A stretch of 60,860 bases of DNA, counting the filler, from Nemertoderma westbladi (taxonomy: Eukaryota > Animalia > Xenacoelomorpha): NCBI GenBank assembly GCA_032718475.1. It is 3 parts of 3 records of this genome, joined end to end, with 100 filler letters (N's around TTAATTAATTAA, not from the genome) between each part and the next. Parts side by side here need not be neighbours in the genome. Positions count along the whole stretch, not along the records: positions 27,089 to 50,081 come from JAUCBJ010004089.1; positions 50,182 to 60,860 come from JAUCBJ010002717.1; 1 more part is not named here. One strand, 5' to 3'. The stretch's first letter is position 1; every line of letters starts with the position of its first letter. This document shows positions 49,001 through 60,860 of this stretch, piece after piece. The notes under the pieces are model-generated. The model saw only the letters and a list, made by a program, of their open reading frames with translations. It ran no database searches and was not told where the DNA came from. A program made the translations under genes and the position numbers.

Positions 49001-50081
49001 TACATCTACACAGACGGTTCCATCTAACTATCCTACAGCTACAGAGACGGCTCCATCTAACTATCCTACAGCTACACAGACGGTTCCATCTAACTATCCT
49101 ACAGCTACACAGACGGTTCCATCTAACTATCCTACAGCTACAGAGACGGTTCCATCTAACTATCCTACAGCTACATATACGGCTCCATCTAACTATCCTA
49201 CAGCTACACAGACGGTTCCATCTAACTATCCTACATCTACACAGACGGTTCCATCTAACTATCCTACAGCTACAGAGACGGCTCCATCTAACTATCCTAC
49301 AGCTACACAGACGGTTCCATCTAACTATCCTACAGTTACACAGACGGTTCCATCTAACTATCCTACAGCTACAGAGACGGTTCCATCTAACTATCCTACA
49401 GCTACATATACGGCTCCATCTAACTATCCTACAGCTACAGAGACGGCTCCATCTAACTATCCTACAGCTACACAGACGGACCCATCTAACTATCCTATAG
49501 CTACACAGACGGCTCCATCTAACTATCCTACAGCTACACAGACGGCACCATCTAACTATCCTACAGCTACACAGACGGTTCCATCTAACTATCCTACATC
49601 TACACAGACGGTTCCATCTAACTATCCTACAGCTACAGAGACGGCTCCATCTAACTATCCTACAGCTACACAGACGGTTCCATCTAACTATCCTACAGCT
49701 ACACAGACGGCTCCATCTAACTATCCTACAGCTACAGAGACGGTTCCATCTAACTATCCTACAGCTACATATACGGCTCCATCTAACTATCCTACAGCTA
49801 CACAGACGGCTCCATCTAACTATCCTACAGCTACACAGACGGCTCCATCTAACTATCCTACAGCTACACAGACGGCTCCATCTAACTATCCTACAGCTAC
49901 ACAGACGGCCCCATCTAACTATCCTATAGCTACACAGACGGCTCCATCTAACTATCGTATAGCTACACAGACGGCTCCATCTAACTATCCTACAGCTACA
50001 GAGACGGCTCCATCTAACTATCCTACAGCTACAGAGACGGCTCCATCTAACTATCCTACAGCTACACAGACGGCTCCATCT
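46020..50081. repeat. 33-bp minisatellite (CATCTAACTATCCTACAGCTACACAGACGGCTC), >120 copies, running into the linker
   Basis: Direct reading. Produces spurious SNYPTATQTAP and RLCSCRIVRWS ORFs. Confidence 0.97.
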
Positions 50082-50181
50082 NNNNNNNNNNNNNNNNNNN
50101 NNNNNNNNNNNNNNNNNNNNNNNNNTTAATTAATTAANNNNNNNNNNNNNNNNNNNNNNNNNNNNNNNNNNNNNNNNNNNN
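50082..50181. other. Artificial contig linker (N44-TTAATTAATTAA-N44)
   Basis: Identical to 26989-27088. Confidence 0.98.
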
Positions 50182-50284
50182 TATCACAACCCTACCCTAA
50201 TCCTACCCACACTAAATTATACCGGTAGTTTCAGGGAAAACCCCAATGTCAGTCAGTAATGTTGGTTAATTACGTTTAATCATA

Positions 50285-50523
50285 CTACTACTATTACTAG
50301 GATCGGCATGCTGCATTGCAGCTGCATTTTTAAGAATGCTGTGCCGGCTCGTCGACAAAATTGCGCCGCCACAACTCCCTATCACCCATGACATTTGCTT
50401 GGCTAGATCATCCGCATCTTCAAGGCCAGTGTCCTTTAAGATGCGTCTCAAGTAAGTCATGGGCTGTCCACCATGCTTATTCACTCCATGAGCCTGCCAA
50501 AGTACAAGATTATGCACTGGCTG
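50285..50523 (-). mobile_element. RTE family A 3' end with (TAG/TAA)n tail
   Basis: HNLVLWQAHGVNKHGGQPMTYLRRILKDTGL. Reverse complement of 53120-53340. Confidence 0.85.
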
Positions 50524-51997
50524 AAAAACCTATAAACTACTGTAGAAAGAATTAAACTGCAGTACTACAGTACGAACTGCGATAGGTACTGTATTATTAT
50601 TATGACAGTATGATGTCAGTTACAGTATGTACTGTCGTAAAATTACGGTCTTAGTTGTAGCATAAATTTTCAATGGCATTCTGTAATCAGCTACATTCCC
50701 TCAATAGGTAACGGACGATATCGAGTTTTATTATTTTGGTTTGAAAGGCCGCCTCTGTAACCTGTTGCTTCCCCGCTATTGGTATCGAGGTCGTTTATTG
50801 TTTTAGTTAAAAAAAAACCCGCCTCTGCCTCTGTCAACTGTCTGTAAAAACTTTCCATCAATTGGGTGTTGTGCACTGTACGTACATGTACAACAGCCAA
50901 CAGAGTACGTACAGTCCACGTTCGTGGGGCCTTCGCGCAGCACCAGAGCCTAAATTAGAAAGTACATTATACTAATCTCTATTAGATATACGAAAACTGT
51001 CTTTCCTAAAATATATATGAGTGAAGGCGATGCTATCAGTTTGTGATAAACTAGTTTTAAAAATATGGATCCATTTCAGTTTGCCCTTACACACTTTAAC
51101 AGTCATTTGTAGACCTTCTAACTAGGGCTATTTAAGTTAAGTACTGTATGACATTTTTAGTTTTACAATACTCTTCTCCTTCATTAGTCTCGTTGCGCTC
51201 GTCCTGTTTTGTCTTAAAATAATTTCCCTAAACGGTGACTAACGACCTTTATAACTGTGCAAAGTCTTGAAACTGTGAGAGAAACTGCTGATATATGGCA
51301 GATGGATACTCGTATTCAATGTAAACTCGTTGCTTTCGTTCGTTTTTGACCAAACTTGAGATTCTTCCTAAACCTTGGCCGGACTACATACATACCAGGT
51401 TTCGTTTAATTTCATCAAGGAATTTCCGAGTTATTAGCGATCAAAAATTTACGACGACAGACAACTCGTTAATGGTACCCATATGCTAAGGCTTCGCTCA
51501 CTTCGTGGCTCGCCCCACACTACTGTGTGGTTGTAATGGAAAGATGACAATTTGAATTAACCGCCAAACATACAGTATATCAATAAATTCACTGCCTCTT
51601 TCTATCATTTAAATTCCCCGGGCTTTGGAGCAGGAGGGTGGCACCTTTTAGGGACTTGTGATTAAATGTGTATTTTACTGAATCTAAAATCACCCTCCAT
51701 AGAAACCATTATAAGAAATTATCAGACTGTCAAATATGTAGCATCCAATAACAGCCGATTTTCAAAATTGGCTTCATGGGCTTACATAAACCCGCCATTT
51801 CGACAGTTAAGTCGTGTTTTTACAAAAAACACACCCCGCCAATTGTTTCCTGGTACCTTAATACCCTTTATACGAATGTCTCTAGCCCAACAATTTTTTC
51901 GCCCACCAACCCTATTCAATCAACTTGAACGGATTTATAAAGAAGATAAATATTGTAGAAGATTTTATATTTCACACATTGTGCCCTAAAGAGGCAG

Positions 51998-52900
51998 ACT
52001 GGAAAGATCAGCCTTCCCACAAAGGTTTCTGTTTTGTTCGGATCGGAAACTTATGGTCCAGTTATTTAGAGCAGTAGTTGTTCCAGTACTGGAAAGATCA
52101 GCCTTCCCACAAAGGTTTCTGTTTTGTTCGGATCGGAAACTTAAGGTCCAGTTATTTAGAGCAGTAGTAGTTCCAGTACTGGAAAGATCAGCCTTCCCAC
52201 AAAGGTTTCTGTTTTGTTCGGATCGGAAACTTATGGTCCAGTTATTTAGAGCAGTAGTTGTTCCAGTACTGGAAAGATCAGCCTTCCCACAAAGGTTTCT
52301 GTTTTGTTCGGATCGGAAACTTAAGGTCCAGTTATTTAGAGCAGTAGTAGTTCCAGTACTGGAAAGATCAGCCTTCCCACAAAGGTTTCTGTTTTGTTCG
52401 GATCGGAAACTTATGGTCCAGTTATTTAGAGCAGTAGTTGTTCCAGTACTGGAAAGATCAGCCTTCCCACAAAGGTTTCTGTTTTGTTCGGATCGGAAAC
52501 TTATGGTCCAGTTATTTAGAGCAGTAGTAGTTCCAGTACTGGAAAGATCAGCGTTCGCACAAAGGTTTCTGTTTTGTTCGGATCGGAAACTTAAGGTCCA
52601 GTTATTTAGAGCAGTAGTAGTTCCAGTTCTGGAAAGATCAGCCTTCCCACAAAGGTTTCTGTTTTGTTCGGATCGGAAACTTATGGTCCAGTTATTTAGA
52701 GCAGTAGTAGTTCCAGTACTGGAAAGATCAGCGTTCGCACAAAGGTTTCTGTTTTGTTCGGATCGGAAACTTATGGTCCAGTTATTTAGAGCAGTAGTAG
52801 TTCCAGTACTGGAAAGATCAGCGTTCGCACAAAGGTTTCTGTTTTGTTCGGATCGGAAACTTAAGGTCCAGTTATTTAGAGCAGCAGTAGTTCCAGTACT
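51998..52900. repeat. 90-bp tandem repeat (10 copies) spanning the 5' junction of an RTE insertion
   Basis: The second half of the unit (GGAAACTTAAGGTCCAGTTATTTAGAGCAG...TTCCAGTACT) matches RTE sequence at ~11417-11465. The last copy reads into RTE. Confidence 0.93.
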
Positions 52901-53340
52901 CTATGGGAGTCCATGCTGGGCTCTAACTGCTGAGGACACCAAATCTCTGGATGGCACATTCACAAGAATGCTACGCCGGGTTCATTGTGTCAAGTTCAAT
53001 GCACACATCTCCAACCAGACACTATATAACATTGGAGGTGTCTCATTGGTTCCCCCAAGCTTGACACTAGAACAAAATCGCCTCCGCTTTGCAGGACATT
53101 GCTTTCGCCGTGAGGACCAGCCAGTGCATAATCTTGTACTTTGGCAGCCTTATGGAGTGAATAAGCATGGTGGACAGCCCATGACTTTCTTGAGACGCAT
53201 CTTAAAGGACACTGGCCTTGAAGATGCGGATGTTCTAGCAAATGTCATGGGTGATAGGGAGTTGTGGCGGTGCAATTTTGTCGATAAGCCGGTACAGCAT
53301 TCTTAAAAATGCAGCTGCAGTGCAGCATGCCGATCCTAGT
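52855..53340 (+). mobile_element. RTE family A 5'-truncated 3' portion
   Basis: PVLYGSPCWALT..LDGTFTRMLRRV..RLRFAGHCFRREDQPV RTE C-terminus. Confidence 0.88.
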
Positions 53341-54556
53341 TCTGTTCTGTTTGAACGAATTATAATTGTAATACAGAGCAGATAAACCCCCAAACGGGGT
53401 AAAATACAAACCATAGCAACATTAAAATAATGTTTTTTAAAATCTTTATTCAAATATTAAAATATTAAAATTCAAATGTTAAACTAATGCCAGTTTTAAT
53501 ATTTGTTTGGCAAAGCGCATGGACCCTGTGCAATAAAAGTGCACATTCGGCAGTATTCGGTAACAAATAATTTTAACATGAGAATTCTAATGTTAATACT
53601 TTTCCACTCTTAACATTCTAATGTTATTCTAACCACATTAAGCTAATATTGGAATTATTTCATAGCATTCTCATAGCATTCCTGATTTTTTTTCTCACTA
53701 GTTTCTCATTATTATATAAAACATTATGATTTTAATGTTATTAAATACATGGTATTATCTTGTAATAGGCCTACATAGAGTTTCCATATAAACAATGTTA
53801 TTTCTATAAATGCGATAATTTAATTCACCTGAACAAAATTGGTGCAATTTGTTTCATAATATAACAGAATAACCCTATTTATTAATATTATAATCATAAT
53901 GTGAATAATAATGTTAGCATTATGTGTACACCCGTTGAAAAAAGTGAAATGAAGTCCACGACGCAATAATGATTTTATCTTATTATCTTATAGCAAATAT
54001 ACAGTATGTATCTAACTGTAATAATGATGTCTCTGATGATCCGTTATGTAGTGCTAACCTTGTAGGTATAAAAACACAGAACTTTCCGATACCTAATAGG
54101 ACAATCTATTACAATTTTATTATTAGTTCAATAAGATATTACAAGAAACAAACAAATAAAATTTGATATAAATAAAGGTTGGCCTATTTTATGCACATGT
54201 ATGTATAGGCCCTACAGTATAATTTCTTATAAGTCCAATCAAAAGTCTCAATTCCAGTCTCGATTTCGCTTTCTATCTTTCCGATTGCGATACAACAATT
54301 CCATATCGGTATGTAACAAATATGAAAAATTGTCTAACCTTTAATACATCTTATTAGAATAATTAATTTCCCCGATTGCAAGTCTAGCGGTTTTTGTATA
54401 TTTCTCAGCGAGTGATTCTTCCATCAATCGTCCACAGATGTCTAAACTCGCAGCCGATAGTGATTGTGAGAAGGCTCCTCTTTCGATAGCTGCTACCCGA
54501 GGGTAGGGGTGGGCGCTACACATATCCCTTGTTTTGCTTACAGTATATTTTTTTAA

Positions 54557-54670
54557 CTGGTACTCATTTTATCGACCCCAGTGAGTGAAAGGCTGTGTGG
54601 ACCCTCGCGAGGCTCAACCTACAACCAATAGATTGCAGGCCCAGCGCCCAGTCGACTGAACTACCTCGCC
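54557..54670 (-). mobile_element. tRNA(Cys-like)-derived SINE with Nin/Deu core
   Basis: GGCGAGGTAGTTCAGTCG...CCTGCAATC head followed by CAGCCTTTCACTCACTGGGGTCGATAAAATGAGTACCAG. Confidence 0.65.
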
Positions 54671-55544
54671 ATGATATATACAGTATTCTAGAACGTTGAT
54701 TTGGATTAATCAGCATATTTGGAAGATTGATTTAATAATTACTTTATTGTTGGATAATTACTTTATTGTCCGCTAATGCGGGCAATATGAAAGTAATATG
54801 AAAAATAATGAAAGTCTTTATTGTCCGCACTATTAGTACTATTTTAAAGATTTATACAGTATAAAATAATAGAATCAGGGACAAAATCTCGCCTGATAAT
54901 GTAAATCTATAATGTAAAAAAACTTTCATGTTATTCGATTTAAAACTTTAAATTTAAAAATTTAACCGCACTCAAGTTTTTTCATTGTTAATTTAATTTT
55001 TAATTTTCAGAAGTATAGATTAGAAGTGTAGATTGTAGTGTAGTAGGTATATTAAATCTTATAAGCATCTTAGGTACCTATATTAAAATTATAGCCAAAA
55101 CCAAACAATTTTTAAACCCTGGGAGTGATAAATCGAAAACTACAGTAAAGTCACTCTGTAATTACTTTACTGCAGCCTGTTTAATATATCATATCACTGA
55201 TCACTATCTCCGGTTTGATGTGATTCAAAAGATTAAAGTTAAGATTACCTAATTATTTTCCCGTGATTATACTGTAATTAAAGTACTGTATCTAGGCTAC
55301 GCCATAGAGGGAAAGATGGTTTCTTATATAAAGTGTACCACTGGTAATACCTTGATGATGTCTTGAGGTTTCAAATTTTGAAACAGGAATACAGTAGTTT
55401 CTATAATAAGCATTAAATTAAAATCGCTTGGGATTTATTTAGTTTCCTATTATTTTCTCTACAAACACCACGACAACTAATGATCCATTAAGCGATGCAC
55501 TTTTTACATCTACTGTACAACTCTCTTGCTCTTTCTCACATATA

Positions 55545-58452
55545 CTACTACTAGGTCGAGCGAACTCGGACAGTGGAAATGAGATCCTTCCAGGCTTCCC
55601 GATTCTCCATAGTTGTCGCAATTTCGTTTCTCCCAAGTTCAGTATCCCTTTCAAGTTGATCTATATATGTTATGGCAGGTCGTCCACGACTACGCTTTCC
55701 ATGAGTTGGTTGCCAGAGAAGTAGATCTGGTATGACCTCGTCTTTACTTCGCCAGCAGTGCCCACTGAATCTTAATCTGCGTTCACGGAGGGTGGTTGAT
55801 ACAGGTGGTATTGTACCATAAAGCTCGGCGTTTGTCATGTGTTGTCTCCAGCTGATGTTTAGGGCTGCCCTTAGTAGTCTTGTGTAGCAACCATCAATTC
55901 GTTGTTCAAGTGATTTAGTCAGTGTTCAGGTCTCACCCCCGTATGAAAATACACTTTCCACTGTGGCTCGAAAGAACATAGTCTTCAGGTACCTGGAGAG
56001 ATCTGATTTCCAGATGGTATCCATTTTTGATAGAGCTAACCCAAGCCTTTGCTTTCCTAACTTCTATGTCCTTTTTGCTACTCTCTATCCATGATCCAAG
56101 GTACTGGAAGTCATCGACCTTCCTTAGTTGATTATTATCAGTGGTTGTCAAGTTTCCATCAACATTAAAGGTCATGAATTCGGTCTTGGTAGCATTTATA
56201 TGCAATCCAACCTCCTTAGCAGCCCTCTCCACTTTATTCAGTAGAAGCTGTGCATCTGCTAGCGTATTAGAGAGCAGGGCGATGTCATCCGCAAAGTCGG
56301 TGTCTGTGACTGTAGTTGCCGGATATCTACTACTTCTGCGTTCTTGAAGTGTGAATCCCAGATCTTCACCCTTTGTGGCCGTCCTCATTGCATAATCCAG
56401 CACAATTACAAATAGTAATGGTGCTAATGTGTCACCTTGCAGTACGCCAGCCAGGATTGAGAAAAACTCAGTTTCACCATCTGGTGAGAGTACCTGCGCT
56501 TCTGTGTCACAATATAACAATCCAATGCCAGCAACAATCACTTCTGGTATTCCATAAGCTCTTAGGATTTCAAGCATTTTACCTCTATGGATGGAGTCGA
56601 ATGCCTTCTTGAAGTCCACAAAAGTCATGACTGCAGGGAGATTCTTTGACTTAATTTCTTCAATCAATCTCCGTAGTGCAAGTATCTGAGCTATTGTTGA
56701 TCTACTTGGTCGAAATCCGTTTTGGCTCTTACGCAGTAGTTTCTCTATGTGAGGCCTAATCCTATATAGAATCATTTTATTGTATATTTTGGCAGCTACC
56801 ACAAGCAGACAGATCCCACGATAGTTTGTCGGTATGCCGAGGTCTCCTTTCTTGGGGAGAGGCTTTAGTTGACCTTTAGTCCAAATTGGTGGTGGCTTTT
56901 CCCCTTTTAACATCCGGTTGCAAACATTCAATAATGGTCTATTTAGCACTCCGGTTTTCCATACCTGCGCTGGGATTTCATCTAATCCACTCGCTTTATT
57001 ATTGGACATGCTTTTAATGCTTCTTTGGAGTTCGGCAGGTGTGAAGTCCCCTGTTTCTATAGGTAGTGTCGTATCATATATTTTCCTTGTAGGGCTGACC
57101 TCGATGTTTGGTGGCTGCCCAAGCAAGTTGCTGAAGTGATTTTTCCACTTCCCAACACGTTCTTCAGGACTATCGGCTTTGAGGCGCCCCTTTGCACAAC
57201 TTTTCCGACCAGATACCTCATTTATAGTTTGCCAGGTAAGTCTTGATTGTTGCTGTATGTGAGCAGTTGTAATTGCTTCAGTTTTATCCTGTATGTACTT
57301 TTCCTGGCTGATGTTGTAGGCCAATTTAAGATCGTCCTTAGCTTTCTCAACCTTGTTAATGTTTTCGGTTGTTGGTTGTTCGGTTTTAACTTTGTAGGCT
57401 ATCTTAAGATCTTCTCTCTTACAAGTAACCTCAGAGTTTTGCCATGGCACATACTGTTTTCGTTTAGGTTTCTGGGGGATATGCCTCTGAGCTGATTCCT
57501 TGTGGGCTGTTATTATATTCTGGTATATTGAATCGGTGGATTGGTCTTCATCCATTGACTGAAGTGCTTCAAAGCGGTTTTGAACTTCTACTGTATAAGC
57601 ATCCTTTACAGCATTGTCAGTTCTGAGTTTCTCCCAGGCATAGTTGATTTGCTTGCTTGTCCTGGGTTTGCTGGCTCTCAAACTGAGTCTGATCTCTGCA
57701 GTCACAATTCTGTGGTCCGAACCAATTAGGTTGAACGAGCTGTATGCCTCGCAGTTGATCATGCTATTTCTCCACTTTTTGTTTATAAGGATGTAATCCA
57801 GTTGTGCTTTGGTTCCATTAGGGTATTGAAAGGTCCATACTGTAGCTTCCCCTTACTCTTTTCGAATGTGTTGTTTGTTGGTATCAATTCACATTCTTCC
57901 ATTAGGTCTAAAAGTAAGTGCCCATTTCTGTTAGAACTGGTGCTATAGGTGTAACCCTTGATGTCTTCTGGGCCAATTTGCGCATTCAGGTCACCAGCAA
58001 TGACTTTAACATTGTGTTTCGGGATGTCCTTAATAAGTCCAGTCAGTTCTTCATAAAACTTGACTGCTTGTTCTGGCTCTGATGCATTGGTTGGACTGTA
58101 GCAACATATAACTGTCTTGGGATTCCCATCAAATGTTGCTATCATAATCCTGGAATTTATAGATTCGATGTTGTTTAGGGTCTTAAGTGCAAATGGGCTT
58201 AGCAGAATTCCTACTCCACCAATTGATGCATTGGCCGAGTTTCTTACTGCTGAGCTTGTTACTAACGTCCATCCATTTCCAATGTCATTGTACTTCATGG
58301 CAGTGTCTTCATGACAAATCCGATGTTCTTGGATGCAGATGATGTCGATGTTATATTCCATTGCCAGAGCGACCATGTCACCCTGTTTGCTCTGTGCTTT
58401 CAGCGTGCGTGCGTTCATTGTAGCAATCTTTAGTGTCTTTTTACATATATGA
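55545..58452 (-). mobile_element. RTE-clade LINE (family B), near full-length APE+RT ORF with few lesions, 13-bp TSD
   Basis: IATMNARTL, CIQEHR, YSPT, AGDLNAQ, GSDH (APE); PKKGDL, DFKKAFDS, QGDTLAP, DFADDIALL, FQYLGS (RT). (TAG)n tail. TSD TTTCTCACATATA at 55532-55544 and 58453-58465. Frameshifts near 57800 and 56030. Confidence 0.95.
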
Positions 58453-59212
58453 TTTCTCACATATATGATCTATTTTATATGGGGATTACTACTGTACTAT
58501 GCTTTTGTAAGACATTTCCGATGGCCTCAAACAGCTTCAGACAACTTTAAAAACAGCTTCAGACAACTTCAAACAACTTCAGACTGAAATATCAAACACT
58601 TTCAGACGGATTTCAGACAGATTTAGATGGGCTCCAACATCCCAAACTTGTTGGAAATATTTTCTCCGACAGAATCAAACAGTATTAAATTTGGGTTAGA
58701 TAGATAGATAGTTTATTGACCGCATAACAGTACATAATATACAAATAATACAGTCCAAAATAATATACAATTTCAATACAATAAAACAAATATTACACAT
58801 TTCAATTTCGATACATGTTCAATACTAAATTAATTCTAACTAAATTCATACTCAAAACAATTCAATGAAACAAATAATACAAATTTCAATTTCGATACAA
58901 GTTCAATAGACATAATGTACTAACTAAATTCTTACACAATGTCAAAACATTACATTTCAGCAAGCTTAAGTTACCATATCCCTCTCATCAACATCTGTCA
59001 ACTTCATTTCACTTACCAATCATTATCCACCAAAACGAATACCTTAAAAATGTACTTCGCTACCACGGACTGGTCATACATTTCAAAAAGGTCATTGAGT
59101 GACGTTGGTATGTTTGTTTTGAAAAATTCTTCCCAAACGTTAAATTTGAAGTTGGAGATTAAAGTTGGACTCTGTTGGTGAGTGGGACTGCACAATAGGT
59201 TTTGGTTATAAA

Positions 59213-59467
59213 AGTAAAATGTTATTCAGCCGTCAGGCCATGGATTACGCACAAAGTCTCACGACTTATTTACAGTGGGTCCCCCAGAACTACGGTATAG
59301 AACCAGGGGAAACACCATTACTCATTTAGCTACCATTTAAGGATGAAGGCAGAGATGCGCCCTGGAAGGTCCCATTAAAGCATTCATGCCGAAACGAAAA
59401 CTCCCCTGGCTCACTCGTATTGATCAACGACTAGGCCTGGGGGGTGAGATGTGAATTCAAGGCAACG
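59213..59467 (-). mobile_element. SINE with Deu/Nin-like core; head related to the tRNA-like unit in the Polinton-like TIRs
   Basis: GTTGCCTTGAATTCACATCTC and CCAGGGGAGTTTTCGTTTCG resemble 16062-16130. Core GCCTTCATCCTTAAATGGTAGCTAAATGAGTAA. Confidence 0.6.
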
Positions 59468-60860
59468 TACAGTACTGTATATTATGCCTATATGCCTAAG
59501 TAACAATTTTGTATCCGCCTTTTTAAGGGGAGTACAGTAGTTGTACACAAATTGTTTCCATACAAACTATGCGGTATTATTAAGTCTCGGTACACTTTTA
59601 GAACGCATCAGATTACTTTATAAGCCAAATATTCTTGCATTCCAACCAGAATTTAACGGGCTTTCTTGTCAGGTAGACTAGTTGGTTTTTTTGAATTTCA
59701 ATTTTTTTCATATTTTTAGCTTATTTTTTTAAAAATGGTCCTAATTTTCAAAAAATGTAGCCAACTAATTAGTATCACAAACATTACAATCGCAATTCGG
59801 TGCTTATGCGTAGGGCTCATAAACTAATTGGTCTACGTTATTCTACGGGCTCCAATAACATTTGAGAAACATGTACCGAAAGAATTCTAAAAACTCATTT
59901 TGAGAAAATTCCAGTTAAAATTTGAACCTTCCCGCGCAATAAACTGTAAAACCATGCTAAGATTATTGCTATGGGGGTTAATTTTTTACAACATACCAAA
60001 TTTTGCACCCACTTCCAAAAAATACAAGTTTGAGATGTCTAGTTAGATAATTATTTATTCCATTGAATTCAGAACCGCTATAAACACCTAACAAATAATA
60101 ATAAATAATAATAATAGCCTAATAAGTCTAATATTCTATTAAGTTTATTATGCCTAATAAATAAGTTGTCACAATCAATTAAACTATTGAATGAATTTTC
60201 AAAATTTCGTGCTGGCAACAAATTTTGCACACAGCACCAAAAAATACAAGTTTGATACACCTGGTGCAACTCGTATATATTCCTTCGAAATCAGAACCCC
60301 AAAAACCCATTTTGCGCAAAAACTAGGTTCAAACAATCAATTTACATAATTGACATATTTCAAAATTTGGTTGCTGGCAACAAAATTTGGCACTCGCCGA
60401 AAAAAACAAGTTTGATAACTACATATTCGAGTTCTATAACTCGAAAACTTCAGAATAATTTTGAAAAAACCGTTTTCACTGTTAGGAAGACAATAGATTT
60501 TTAGGAATCGTCTAAAATTTCAGATTCCTAACTTCGTTTGTTTAGGTGTTATAATAAAAAATACCACGGGGGGGGGGGGGGGGGTCGTATTGAGCACCCC
60601 CTCCCCGGGTTTAATAGGGTCTACCGATTGTAAACTACAGATGAATATTTTATACGAGACCATAATGCATTACAGTAAAGCGGTGTTATGAATGCACAAA
60701 ATAAACAAATTTTTACAGCTATAACAGGTATATAATTTCCTAAATAATGTACATAATGTATTTGCACGAGCGTAAATACAGATAGGCATGCCTATTGCCT
60801 ACCTGCTTTTTAATATCAAAATCAATATCACGAGATTTGTCCGGTTGTCAAACACAGCTC

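Noticed and set aside
45974-50081. Mucin-like SNYPTATQTAP ORF (522 aa) and antisense Cys/Arg ORFs
   Set aside because: 33-bp satellite; non-ATG start, no signal peptide, frameshift near 47523, no supporting splice structure.
51230-51520. Possible Helentron/DINE-like element (CTTCGTGGCTCGCCCC, reverse copies near 44940 and 45335)
   Set aside because: Too little diagnostic structure to define boundaries without a consensus.
52053-53306. 417-aa ORF with 30-aa repeats
   Set aside because: In-frame 90-bp array fused to an RTE 3' fragment; not a host gene.
54341-54523. 60-aa minus-strand ORF with coding-like composition
   Set aside because: No recognisable family and no consistent flanking exons.

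Overview
Eukaryotic (invertebrate animal-like) AT-rich genomic DNA, not prokaryotic. It consists of three contigs joined by artificial 100-bp N44-TTAATTAATTAA-N44 linkers (26989-27088 and 50082-50181), so adjacency across the linkers is not evidence of linkage. Host genes: one internal exon of an ammonium transporter (Amt), the first TPR exon of O-GlcNAc transferase (OGT), a complete 6-exon M6/proteolipid (PLP/GPM6) gene, and a 6-exon RNase P subunit RPP30 gene with a long C-terminal extension. The rest is mostly mobile DNA and minisatellites: RTE LINEs, CR1/L2 fragments, tRNA-derived Nin/Deu-domain SINEs, a Crypton fragment, a decayed BEL/Pao LTR retrotransposon and a Gypsy-type LTR+PBS. Three observations stand out. 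(1) A 6.3-kb non-autonomous Polinton/Maverick-like element (AGTAGT...ACTACT ends, 6-bp TSD CATAAT, ~1.6-kb TIRs each carrying a tRNA-like Pol III unit, a CTCF-like motif and a (CACAGC)n tract) surrounds a single C2H2-zinc-finger/acidic cargo gene. (2) An intronless WRN/EXD/Mut-7-like DEDDy 3'-5' exonuclease + triple CCHC zinc-knuckle pseudogene is embedded in LTR-retrotransposon DNA. (3) An RPP30 intron is built almost entirely of tandem copies of its own donor and acceptor splice sites. All family assignments come from recalled motifs; no searches were run.
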